64,000 nt of DNA. Origin: Saprolegnia diclina VS20 (lineage: Eukaryota). This document shows, one piece after another, positions 48,201 to 59,933 of this stretch. Under the pieces are notes generated by a model that saw only the letters and a program-made list of their open reading frames with translations, did no database searches and had not been told where the DNA came from. The stretch covers positions 222,974 to 286,973 of the forward strand of contig NW_008246088.1 of the NCBI RefSeq assembly GCF_000281045.1, in the 5' to 3' direction. Every line of letters begins with the position of its first letter. The first letter of the stretch is position 1. A program made the translations under genes and the position numbers.

Positions 48201-49985
48201 ACGTGGAAGAGCTCGGCGCCTTGCACGAAGATCGCCACCACTGCACAGCTGCGTGCGGCGGTCGCGACCGTCGACGTCCTCAACGACCCGACGCACCGTC
48301 GCGTCCTGGCCATTGACGCGTACGGCGAGTGGCCCAAGGTGTTGCTTGTAGTCGCCTGCACCGAAACTACGCTCCTCATCGACTGCTGCGACATTCCGAT
48401 CGCCGCGCTCGTGGACGCCGTGGGGCCGTCGCTTCGGTCGTCGGTTGTCACCAAGGTGGCGTTCGATGTGCACCGGTCGGCGGCGCTGCTCTCGTCCTTG
48501 GCCGAGTGCTGCGGTCTCGTGGATTTACAGCTGCTCCTCGAGCACGAGACGGCGCGCTTTGATGTTTCGTTTGCCGACATGGTGGCACACGCTGGGCTGC
48601 CCGCGCACCCGCACCCGCGGTACCTCGACCGCGCCGATTTCTTCAACGAGCGGCCACTACGGCCCGAAGCAATGCAAGCGGCGGCATCGACGACCCAGCT
48701 GCTTCTCCATGCGTCGGACGTACTCGCGAAAGGTATTTTTGACAACTTTGCACTGCTGCTAGCGGCGTCGGCCCAGCGCTTGTCGCATACACACGGCCAG
48801 CGCGCACTGTGCTTTGACGCACTGCACGATCACCGCGTCGTGTCGGCCGAGTACCTCGGTGCGTGGCGGCCCACCGACGTCGCTGCCACCACCCCTGTTG
48901 TGGTCCACGAAGACTTGGACGATATTTTGGGGTTGCTGCCGAGTGACTTGGTCGCGCCACTGTTGCAGCCGGGTGTCGCGTCCAAGCTGCTCGACATCGT
49001 CTTGGACCTCGGGCGGCGGCCGTGGGCGTGGGTCGATGGCGCCCGCTGCTTCCTCGACGTCCAGCATGAAGACCGCGTCGTGACGCGCGACGACCTCGAT
49101 GCAATCGTCGACCGCGTCGGTGGCTTTGGTAGCGACAACCGCGCCGGCCTCGAGCGTCAACTGCACCGCATCTCGGCGATTCGCAACCGCCAAGACGTGA
49201 TCATTGCGCTCACGATCCGCGTCGGTCGATACATTGAAGGGCATGCGGGCTTGATCGCAGATCTTCTCGCAATGGAAGACAAGAGCATCCTCTTCCTCGG
49301 CGAGCCTGGCTGCGGCAAAACCACTATCGTCCGCGAAGTGTCTCGCCATCTCGCCACCACGTACAATGTGTGCATCGTCGACACGAGCAACGAGATAGCA
49401 GGTACGACTGCCTGTTCCTTGTTGTCGCAATGATCAATATATGCATCCGTAGGTGACGGCGATGTCCCGCATGCGTGTGTGGGCTTGGCGCGGCGCATGA
49501 TGGTGCCGTCGCTCGACGCACAAGCTCGAATCATGGTCGAATGCGTCCAGAACCACACGCCAGAGATCATGGTCATCGACGAGATTGGCCGACCAAACGA
49601 AGTCGAGGCCGCGCGCACGTGCAAGCAGCGCGGCGTGCGCATCGTCGCGTCGGCGCACGGCGACCTCCGGAAACTACTCAAGAACAAGCCGCTGCGAGGT
49701 CTTGTCGGCGGTGTCGAGTCGGTGACGGTCGGCGACGCGATGGCCAAAGCGCGGCAAACGAAGGACGACTCTGGACCGCTGCGCAAGCTCTTGGCGCAGC
49801 GCAGTGGCGACCCGATCTTTGACATTGTTGTCGAGCTCCAGCGCGGTCAGTTTGATACGTGGCGCATTGTGACGGACGCTGCAGCGGCCGTCGACGCTGT
49901 TCTTGCGGGCACATCGTATGCAGCTCAAGTCCGCACGCGCACGGCGTCTGGCGGTGGTTTCCACCTGCACAATTGCACTTGCTAA
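45213..49985 (+). CDS. Multidomain protein: three ~200-aa repeats + wHTH-like modules + degenerate DEDDy 3'-5' exonuclease-like domain + SpoIIIAA/Ycf45-type P-loop ATPase
   Basis: Frame-consistent introns 47749-47791, 48131-48174 and 49402-49452 join four ORF segments. Exo-like: VLAIDAYG...TKVAFDVH...VDLQLL...FFNERPL. ATPase: DIVLDLGRRP, HRISAIRNR, GEPGCGKTT, IVDTSNEIAGDGDVPH, MVIDEIG and ASAHG. Confidence 0.8.
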
Positions 49986-50464
49986 GGCCTAAGCAACGAG
50001 GACGGTGGATCAACGTGGCGAGCCGTGTGAATTCGCTCAGATAAGATTCGATAAGAGAGCGGCTCTTGGCATCGATGACCAATGATCATGACTCACGGTC
50101 ATGGTCGGAGGTAGCCATCTTCAACTCTACATTTCTCGGCCCCACAGCCTCGCCCGATCGAATGACATGGCGCGTCGTAGTCCCCAAAGTGTCCTCTCTC
50201 CATGTGCCAACTATGAGCGATAACGTGTTCTGACTCGTTTTGGCGTCCATCGTCTTGGCAAGCGCGGGTGGGTGGTCATAAACCTGTGAAAACGTATATT
50301 ATGTGATGAAATATAAGTTGTCACAGGTGCCGGACCACCCACCCGCGCGTGCCGAGACTGGAGACGCCAAAACGAGTCAGAACACGTTATCGCTCATAGT
50401 TGGTACATGGAGAGAGGACACTTTGGGGACTACGACGCGCCATGTCATTCGATCGGGCGAGGCT

Positions 50465-50615
50465 NNNNNNNNNNNNNNNNNNNNNNNNNNNNNNNNNNNN
50501 NNNNNNNNNNNNNNNNNNNNNNNNNNNNNNNNNNNNNNNNNNNNNNNNNNNNNNNNNNNNNNNNNNNNNNNNNNNNNNNNNNNNNNNNNNNNNNNNNNNN
50601 NNNNNNNNNNNNNNN
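50465..50615. other. Assembly gap (N run)
   Basis: Run of n characters. Confidence 1.
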
Positions 50616-50800
50616 GTCATACCGAAACCCATCGAACTCCAAGACGTGTTACTCAATCTTGAATTTGATGTTGAGATTGGAGCTTCAAGTTCTGAGTACA
50701 CAGTCGTTCGCGCCAGCAGACTCATCGCGAAAGCCTTTGACAATCAAGACACGTCGTCTGCAGTCTTCGCCTACTATGTACACGTTGTCTAGGATGGCGG

Positions 50801-53635
50801 CTAGTTGGTGCTGGCGGAGGCCGCTTGAATCACATGTCGCACGGCTTTCATCTCAGCTTCAAGGCGCCCGAGGCGGTCGATCGCTTGGTCGAGGTTCATA
50901 TTCGTCGACGCACTGCTCGTCACGGCACGCCCCGCCACGAACGAGTCGCGGAGCATGCGCGACGACGACGAGCTGGCCGAGAGCGGCGTTGCGGTCGCCA
51001 CCGCCCGGAGGTTGCCGAGCTGCATTCGGTTCAATCGCTGCCACTCCATGCGCGCGGGCTTGCGGTTCCTCGTTGCGTGCTCGTAGAGCGAGAGTGCGAG
51101 CACCTTGGCGCTGTCGAGCACAAGAAGCCACACTAGCGAGTAGACCCACACAAAGACGGCGGTCGGCAGCGAAATGGCCTGCATCTCGGCAAACGGCCAA
51201 AAGAGCGACAGCGTCGTCGCCGCCACGGACGAGAGACTGGCGGCCGCGACAAGGAGCTTGCTCGGCGCTTGCAAGCAGCACACCGAGTCGGTGCGCGCCG
51301 AGAAGACGAGCAAGCAGCCCGAGAGCGAGAGCTGCAGGTACACCACCATGAGCACTTGGCGGTACGACAACGCGCGCAGCCCGAGTTGCTGCCACAAACT
51401 GTCGGTCTCCCACGAGTCGAGGGCCCAGTAGAGCAAGAGAAGGCTGCTGAGCGTGCTCACCGCGCCGAGCGTACTCGCAATGAGAGCGGTGCGCGGTCCG
51501 CTCCATCCCTGGGGCGTCGCGCGCGACCCGACAACGTCCTGCGCCATCGTCGACGCGATCGCGCCGTCGTTGAGCAGCAAGAGCAACGCCATTGCAATCA
51601 CGGGCAGCTGGAACGACGCCGGCGCGTCCTCACTTGCGCCCGCCCACGCGGTCGCATTGGTCACGCGCTCGGCAAACTGTGCGAAATGACCGCCATTCGG
51701 AGAGAAACACAAAGTCGCCAGCAGCACAAAGCCGAGCACGTGGAGACCGGTGGCGACGCGGTAGATGACGTAGTGCGTCACGCGCTGGCACACGTGACGC
51801 GCCAGCAGCACGCCATGCAAAAGCACTGCGAGCCCCGGTTTGGTCAAGACGACATCGGACGCAGCTTTGGCCGCGTCGCTCGCGCCATCGACCGCAATGC
51901 CCAAGTGTGCCAGGCGCAGCGCCGGGGCGTCTTGCACGTCGTTGCCGGTGACACCGCACACGTTGGCTTTGTCCGTCGACAAGAGCGTGAGAAGACGCAC
52001 CTTGTGGGCCGGGAACACGTTGGCAAAGCCATCGGCGTTCTCGACCATGGCTGGCGTCAGCGGCGCGTCCGACCCGAGAATCGTCGATCCGACTTGGAGC
52101 AAATGCGCGGTTTCGATCGCGACCGCCGCGTTGTCGCCCGTGAGCATCTTGAGGTTGATGCCGTGCGTCTGGAGGAGCTCGATCGACCGCTTCGTGTCGT
52201 GCCGGGGCGGGTCCACGAACGTGAGGAGACCCATCAAGACCCAGCCACACCCCTCTTCGGTGCGCGCGACCGCGAGGCAGCGCACGCCGCGCTTGGCGAG
52301 GTCGAGCACGCGTGACGTGACCGCGTCAGCAATGTCGTCGACGTTGTGGGCGAGCGAGAGCACCATGTGCGGTGCGCCTTTGGTGACTTTGAACACTTTG
52401 CCAGAGTGCGTCTTGATCGTCGACTCGGTGCGCTTGGCCGTCGGCTCGAACGGCGTGTGCGCCAGCAGCGTGTACGCGTCCAGCGGTCGGAGGTCGATCG
52501 CGTTGAGGACGAGCGTGTCGATCGCGTCGCGCGGCGGCTCGCGCCACTTGGCGGCCAGCGCGGCCATGACGAGGATGTCTTCGCGCGAGGCGTGCGGCGC
52601 AAAGAGCGGAACGTCGTCCTGCAGCTCCATCTTGTTGCGGGTGAGCGTCCCCGTCTTGTCGGCGCAGACGAGCGTGAGCCGGGCCATGGTCTCGATCGAC
52701 TGGAGGTGCGTCACGAGCACCTTCTCCGCCGCGAGCTGGCGCGACCCGAGGGCCAAGATGGAGCTGCATATGCTGCGCAATGTGAGCGGCACGGCGGCGA
52801 CGACAACGATTAGGCCAAGACTGAGCGCACTAAGGAGGGCCACGCCGTTGTAGAGAAGACACCCGAGAAGGACGCTGACTGCAGGAATCGCGATCAGAAG
52901 GAGCGCCATGGTGATGTGCGTAAAGTGCGACGAGAGCGTGTTCTTGGCATGCCACTCGGCGCTCGGCGGGTGCTGCCCGAGGAACGTCTGGGCGCCGGTC
53001 GCCGACACGATGGCCTCGACGTCGCCGTGCACGACGAGCGAGCCCATCTTGACGTTGTCGCCAGCATGCAGCGTCACGGGAAACGACTCGCCCGTGAGCG
53101 CGCTTTGGTCGACCTGGATCGGCGACCCATCGCAGAGGTCGCAGTCGGCGGGGACCGCGCAGCCGACCGTGAGCGTGAGCCTGTCGCCGGGCACTAGCAG
53201 CGACGCATTGATCGTTTGGTGAACGCCGTCGCGAATGACTTGCGCCTCGGGCTTGAGCGCGGCCTTGAGCGCGAGCAGCGCATGGGCCGTTTTGGCGTCT
53301 TCGATCCAGCCCACGACGCCGTTGAGGACTTGGAGAAAGATGAGGACGGCGAGGTCGGGTACGTCCTGTGTCACGAGCTCGAGAGCTATGACGAGCCAGA
53401 GCAGCAACGGCATTGGACCGACAAAGTGGCCGGCCAAGCGGCGCCATGACGCCGCATCCGGCGCTTCAAACTCGTTCGGGCCAAACTGCTTGAGGCGGCG
53501 CGCGGCCTCGACGGTCGAGAGGCCGCTCTCGGGCGTGTTGAGGAGCGTGTGCTTGTCCATGCCCATGTAGAAGCGGTCTTCGTCCAGGCGCATCGACGCC
53601 GAGAGCAGCGGCGTCGTCTCGCCTTTCGACCACAT
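50801..53635 (-). CDS. P-type (P3A) plasma-membrane H+-ATPase-like protein, divergent, intronless
   Basis: DQSALTGES, CADKTGTLT, KGAP, DPPRHDT, MLTGDN, VIYRVA and LLLLNDG. Likely start MWSKGETTPLL at 53635. Confidence 0.9.
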   Translation of the reverse strand: MWSKGETTPLLSASMRLDEDRFYMGMDKHTLLNTPESGLSTVEAARRLKQFGPNEFEAPDAASWRRLAGHFVGPMPLLLWLVIALELVTQDVPDLAVLIFLQVLNGVVGWIEDAKTAHALLALKAALKPEAQVIRDGVHQTINASLLVPGDRLTLTVGCAVPADCDLCDGSPIQVDQSALTGESFPVTLHAGDNVKMGSLVVHGDVEAIVSATGAQTFLGQHPPSAEWHAKNTLSSHFTHITMALLLIAIPAVSVLLGCLLYNGVALLSALSLGLIVVVAAVPLTLRSICSSILALGSRQLAAEKVLVTHLQSIETMARLTLVCADKTGTLTRNKMELQDDVPLFAPHASREDILVMAALAAKWREPPRDAIDTLVLNAIDLRPLDAYTLLAHTPFEPTAKRTESTIKTHSGKVFKVTKGAPHMVLSLAHNVDDIADAVTSRVLDLAKRGVRCLAVARTEEGCGWVLMGLLTFVDPPRHDTKRSIELLQTHGINLKMLTGDNAAVAIETAHLLQVGSTILGSDAPLTPAMVENADGFANVFPAHKVRLLTLLSTDKANVCGVTGNDVQDAPALRLAHLGIAVDGASDAAKAASDVVLTKPGLAVLLHGVLLARHVCQRVTHYVIYRVATGLHVLGFVLLATLCFSPNGGHFAQFAERVTNATAWAGASEDAPASFQLPVIAMALLLLLNDGAIASTMAQDVVGSRATPQGWSGPRTALIASTLGAVSTLSSLLLLYWALDSWETDSLWQQLGLRALSYRQVLMVVYLQLSLSGCLLVFSARTDSVCCLQAPSKLLVAAASLSSVAATTLSLFWPFAEMQAISLPTAVFVWVYSLVWLLVLDSAKVLALSLYEHATRNRKPARMEWQRLNRMQLGNLRAVATATPLSASSSSSRMLRDSFVAGRAVTSSASTNMNLDQAIDRLGRLEAEMKAVRHVIQAASASTN

Positions 53636-54266
53636 GACGACCGCCGACTTGCCAAATCTCGCAGAATGACCGCCGGCGCGTATTTTTATTCTTCCGCATA
53701 CAAACATCAAGTGGATAGATCGACGTTGAAGTCGGGAGCTTTTTAATTGCTCGTCGCCGTGGGATCGGCGGCCGCGGAAGATCCACGTAGCGACGAGGAG
53801 GAAGACGATGGGCGCTGCCGAGATGCGGCCGCTGCGGCTACATGCATGCTCGCGGCGGCGCATGCCTCGACCTCGATCTTGGCAGTGCTGCGACATTAGG
53901 CAGTGGGTGCAAGTCACCGTGCGCCGCTGTGGTCGCAGCGACGTCGACGAGAATCACCGGCAGAGGTATACTAGCACCGCGCTCATCATCACCCTCGCGA
54001 CATGGCAAGAACCGTGTCTATGCAAGCAGCGATAGCAGCGATGCAAAGCCGTGCAGCCGCTGGTGATGGCAGGTCGTCGATCATGGCATCCGTCTTTGGC
54101 TCGCGTTGGCTTTGGCGACCAACGCGATGGCCCACTGCATTGGCCTCATGCCGAGGTCATAGCAGTCGCAGTGCAGCAGCAGTAGCGTTGGCCTGTCGAG
54201 GGCGACGCTTCATGCAGGATGGCGAAAGGTTGCGTATCTTGGAAACGGTCATTTTGTCGTCGGGCG

Positions 54267-57200
54267 ATGGCCGACGAAGCGGTGCTCAACCGCGTCGAGC
54301 AGGCGCGCGTGTATGGCATCGACTGCGGCGACGAGATCCTCTTTGGCGCAGGCGCGTGGGCGCCGGGCGGCGAGCACACCAAGAAGCTCGTCGTCAAGAA
54401 CGTCTCCAACAAAACCATCAAGTTCAAGTACGATCTGCCGCGCACCAAGTACTTTTCCATGGACTTTCCACTGCTCATTACGCTCTCGCCGGGCACGTCG
54501 CGCGTCCTCGACATTGCATTCCGCCCGGTCCAGTACGAAGAGTACGACGACTGTATCCGCTTCACGGTCCACATCATCGACGGCGGCGTCAAGGCCACCA
54601 ATGGCACGTTTCGCCTGCCGGTCAAAGCGCGCATTGCCATGCTGCGGGTCGAGCTTCCGTCCGGCCTCGACTTTGGCTTTTGCCCGACCGCCGAGACGAC
54701 CGATGTTGTCTTCCAGCTCAAGAGCACGGGCCAAATCGATGCGAGCTTTCGGTGGAGCCTCCCCGGTACACTTATGCGAGGCAGCATGGCTCTTGCTACA
54801 TGAGATGTAGACGCCGGGGAGCATGGGCGGCCGTTCAAGATCACCCCGTCGAGCGGCGAGATCAAGGCGGGTCAAGTGCTCGATGTGACGGCGAGGTTTG
54901 CCCCACGGACCGCGTCCGTGTACGTGGTCACAGCCCTCTTTGCGGCGCACGTACGCCCGTGCTCGCGTCGACACGCCTCGTTGAAGCGATGATGATGAGG
55001 TAGGAGCTCGGCGAGACGCACCAGCACCAGGAGACGACGCTCAAGATCAGTGGAATTGGGAAATTCGCCTACTTTGCTACCTCCGAGACCGAACTGGACT
55101 TTGGCGACATGCTCGTCAACGGACCCTCGACGCACAAGAGCCCGACCGAGCGCGAGTTTGTTCTGCGCAACCGGTCGCTTGTCCGCGCCTCTTTCCACGT
55201 ACGGGCTCCTTTATTGATACAAACTTGATACAACCTTGATACTAGATTTTCCCCATCGAGACAGACCACGAGCCGACGTTCTTCTTCTCGCCGCTCAAAG
55301 GCACGATCCCGCCCGAGTCGGCGCTGCCGATCCGCGTCAAATACACGCCGTTGAGCCCGGGCACGTTCACGTGCGACAACTTTAAGATTGTGACTCCCGG
55401 CGGGCACGCTGCGCACATTGTCTGCAAGGGCAAAGCCATCGGGCCGCTCGTGTCGCTCTGGAAGAAGAACCGCGCGTCCAACCTCGTGAGCGGCCACTCG
55501 GTCAACTTCCGCGACGTCCGCGTCGGCGAGACCGCGACCCGCGTCCTGTACCTCCGGAACGAAGCCGCGATTCCGGTTCGATTTCACCTGGTGAGTGCAG
55601 CCAACGGCATCTTTGGCGTGAGCAAGGTCGCGGGCGAGATCCCGCCGCTTCTCGAGGCGTCCGTGCTCCTGACGTTTGCCCCGCTCTCGCCCGGCAACTA
55701 CTACCGACGCCTCTTTTGCCTGCTGCAGAACCAAGCCACCATGTTTGTCGACGTGCTCGGCACGGGCTACGACGCCGAGATCCGCCCGTCGCCCTTCGAG
55801 CAGGGGCATGTCGACGCCTACCGTCTCCGCTGCGAGCACAACTTGTACGTGATCTCTCTGTCGTTCGAGATGCCAACATGCGTAGGGGCCATCTGTCCCC
55901 GGATGGGCTGGAAGCACTCTGGGGCGACAAGGGCGACGAGCTCTTTCTCCAAGGAGCGTTGGCTCGCCAGCGTGAGGCCGCCAGCCGAAGGGAGACGACG
56001 CGCCTCCTCACGCGGAGCGGCGACATGCTCCTCGCCGACGTCGACGTGTGCCATGAGTTTTTCATTCAGCCCGACGACCGGCATGGCGCCATCTTTGCGT
56101 CCGACGCGCTCCTCGACTTTGGCGTCGGCTTTGACATCAAGAAGACACTGCTTGTGACCAACCAAACACGCGGCAAGGTCACGTGTACGTGGCGCATCGC
56201 CGAAGCGCCGACGGCGGTCGAGAGCAGCAACTTCACCATCTTTCCGACGACGTGCGACATTGGTCCGGGCGCGTCGGCCGAGTTCCGCGTCGGCTTCCAC
56301 CCCAAGCAGAGTAACACGTACTTCTTTGCCGAGCTCGAAAGCAGCGTCTACTTCAAGTCCAACCGCACGTTTCGGCTCGTAAACCCCGAGACGTTCACGC
56401 CGCCGTGGTACGCCGCTTGATACGTTGATACATTGCTACATGGAATATGTTCTGATAGGTGCATCGTCGTGCAGGCGACGGGGCACACATTTGCGTCGAC
56501 CGACAGCCAGTTTCTCTCCCGTGTGACGTACGCGACGGCGAAGGACGGGCTTTGCGCGTTCCCGCCGGCGTTCATTGGCGACTCGGTGTTTCAAACCGTC
56601 GTGCTCATGAACAGCAGCGATACGCCGGCCGTCTTTGCGATCACGCAGGACCCGTCGCGCGTCTTCCGCGCCAAGCCCAGCTGCGGTTTGATCCCGCCGA
56701 ATGGGTTTCACTTGGTGCAGATTCGGTTCAGCCCAACAAAGAGCCGACGCTACTCGCACATGCTCAAGACGACCGTGAACCACTCGACGTCGGTGGCCCT
56801 CGAGCTCACAGGCACGGGCTGCTTTCCGCATTTGATTTGCCAAGAGCTGGACGGCGGCCCCGCGATCGACAAGCTCTTTATCAAGCCCACGTCGATTGGC
56901 CTCTCATCGACGCGGCTCTTCCGCGTCAAGAACGGGTGCCGCATCCCGCTCGTGTTTCGGTGGAGCCTTCCGCCGTCGGTCCAAGACGTCTTTCAGCTCT
57001 CGCCGCTTGTCCACCGGCTCCTCGGGAACGAAGCCAGCGTCATTGCGTGCGTGTTTGCGCCGTCGCTCATCAAACAGTACAACCAGCGGCTCACGCTGCA
57101 CGTCAAGTCCATCTCGATGGCGCGCGGGGAGCCACCGTCGTCCCATCTCCCGATTCTCCAAGACGTCTCGATCAAGGTCACGGGCGTCGGCACGACGGGT

Positions 57201-59861
57201 GCTGTCGCGTTTGAGCCCGCCGAGCTCACGCTACCGACGGTCCTTGTCAACTCGGATGCGACCGGGCCGTTCCAGCTCGTGAACGGCAGCGACTGCGATC
57301 TCCAATTCGAGCTCCGCGTGACGGTGCTCGACTCGTCCAAGCTCATGGCGCGGCCCCACCTGGACAAGAAGTTGGCGGCCACGTACGTTTCCTTTTCAAA
57401 ACCGAGCGGCGTCATCGGCGCGCGTTCGACGCAGCAAGTGGGGATTGCGTTTCGCGGCGACCTCGCGGGCAGCTACGACTATGGTATCCAGTGCGCAATA
57501 GCCACGCTCGACGCCGTCGTGCTGCCGTCGCACCATGGCGACGACGACAGTGTCAACTGCGTCGAGATGCAAGTACACGCAAGTGCGTCGTTTCCGACGC
57601 TCTTTTTCGAAGACATTCGCTTGGCGCAGACGCCGACAGCCGTCGCGTGGGCGCAGTTTCAGTGCGAAGAGATCAACGCGTTCATGGCCGCGCCGCTCAC
57701 CAACGACGAACTCAAACTCAACAGCGAGAGCAGCCCCGATTTGAGCTTGCTCAAGGTGTTTCCGTTGCGGTTCACGCCCAACGTCATCGGCACGCATACC
57801 GAAGACGTGGTCATTCAGCTGCGCAACCCGGGCTCGCTTGTCGTTGACTTTCGCATCTTTTACCCCAACGAGTCGGACATTGAGATTGAGCCGTGGGCCG
57901 ACACGAGCGAGCCGACGACGGACGAGCTGCGGCAAAACATCATTATCGACTCCAAGCTCTTCACCGTCGCACCGCGCAAAGGTGCGTATCCTTGTACGAT
58001 ACCGTGGTCCCAGGTAGAGGGTACTAGGGGTCTTGCAGCCGCACGAGAGTCTTCTGCTCCGTCTCTCGTACGCGTACGCGTCCATGCAGTACGACGGCGT
58101 CCACGACCTCCAGCTGCTCGTGTCGGTCTCGCAAGGCAAGAAGATGATGCTATCGCTCCACGGCCGGACGCTGCCCAAAGCGTCTCCCCTTCTCTTTCTA
58201 CCACGCACCAACTGGGTGCTCTCGCCCGTCATGCTAAGCGAGAGCGGGCGGAAGGAGCATCTGCATGCGCGGCCAGCGCTGCAGCAGTTCCAGGTCTTCA
58301 ACCGTGGCGACGCACCCTTCCTTCTCGACATCGACGACGCCGACCTCGCGCGCATCAACGCGACGAGCCACAACTTCCCGATCCTCGAGTGCCTCACGCA
58401 GCGCGTCTCGGTGCCGCCCAACGCGTCGGTGTTTCTCGACCTCGAGTTTTGCCCGCTCGAGCAGCTCACGTACCACGGCACGTTGCTACTGAGCGTCGAG
58501 GGGCTCGAGTCGGGGTACCAGGAGCAGTTCAAGCTGCCGATCACCGCGCGCGGGTACGACGCCAGCAAGACGAGCTTTGCCATGACGCGCGACAGCATCG
58601 TGCGCGGCGGGCCGCCTACAGTTCAAAAGGCACCGCCCGAGTCCCGCGCGGCGCTGAGCTGCGACGTGCTGGACCTTGGGCATGTGTGTGTGCACACGGA
58701 GCACACGCGGCTTGTCGTACTCACAAACCTGAGCGCGACGGCGACGCTGAGCTTTGCGTGGGACGCCAACCACCACTTGGTGCACGCGAACCGCGTGCGG
58801 TTCTTCCCGATGCAAGGACGACTCTCGCCGCTCGAGCACTGCATGGTGCGCGTCACGGTCGCGCCGGCCGCCGACTTACTCGTGATCGATCACGACATTG
58901 CGTGCTGGGTCCGGCTGCTCCATGACGCGGCCGCGTCCTCGACACTCGAGAGCGCCAAGACGACACGAGAAGCCAAGCCGAGCGACACGCGACCGTCCGT
59001 GCTCACGCGCACGACGATCTCGTCGCGCGCACACTTTAGTCGCGACGAGCCCGCGACTACCGAAGACTACACGCCGCCACTCGCCCTCGCGCTGCCAAAG
59101 CTCAAGCCCAAACCAGCGCCAGCGTCCGGCATGCGCAGTCCCAAGGGCCCTCGTCGGAAGCCGAGCCCGGTACGTATCCGCTGCATCGATCCATTGCATC
59201 ATTCATCCTGATGCGCGGGTGCTAGACGCGCGGCAACTCGTCGCGCAAGGCCAGGTTTGGTGACGGCTCGGACGCCGCCGAGTCGGACGAGACGTTGCGC
59301 GGCAGCAAAGTGCTGCAGCCACTGTACATCCACGTGTTTGCCCACGTCCTGCCGCTCGAGACGTTTCGACGACAGCTGACGCGCGAGGATTTCGAGCGCC
59401 GGCCGCTGGCGATTCCGAGCGGCGAGACGCGGCGGGCCGACGACCTCGAGGCGCTCCGGACAGCGTGGCGCGTGACAAAGGACCCGGCGGCGATGAGCGA
59501 GAGCCGGCACGTCATCGAAGGCGTCTTGAGCCACCTTGTGACCGACCTCTTTGGCACGGGCACGATCGACCAGGTCGGCAATATGAACTTTCCCTTGGAC
59601 GCTGACGCGACGACGTAGGCGGTCGACGAGCTCTTGCCGACCGAGCCCGAGACGCCGTACTTTGTGCAGTTTGGCCAGCCGGCGTGCGACAAGCGGCGCG
59701 CGCGTCTGGGGCGGCTGCTGGTCGAAGACGACTTTCGACGCATTGCGAGCCTCGTGCTGGAAAACACAATGCTCAACGTCGTCCAAGAAATTGGACTCGG
59801 CGAGTTTGACCTCGCGTGTCTCCCCAAGCAGCTCGTGTTTCTGCCCGACGAAGAGACGTAG
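54267..59861 (+). CDS. CFAP65: Cilia- and flagella-associated protein 65 (CCDC108)-like, with multiple ASH/MSP Ig-like domains; multi-exon
   Basis: N-terminal YGIDC...WAPGGEHTKKLVVKN...KYDLPRTKYF...ITLSPG, repeated LDFG...L.N...F.I.P..G.I ASH patterns, and C-terminal ENTMLNVVQEIGLGEFDL. Confidence 0.82.
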
Positions 59862-59933
59862 CCCGCATCGTGCTGTAAATAGACAACCTCGACGCATGCA
59901 TGGAGGCAAGGCACGCTGGATTGATGGCCAAGA

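Noticed and set aside
50100..50800. ORFs around the second gap
   Set aside because: They are interrupted by Ns and have no recognisable motifs.
53636..53917. N-terminal extension of the H+-ATPase ORF
   Set aside because: It begins at a non-ATG codon and is not ATPase-like; ATG 53635 is more plausible.
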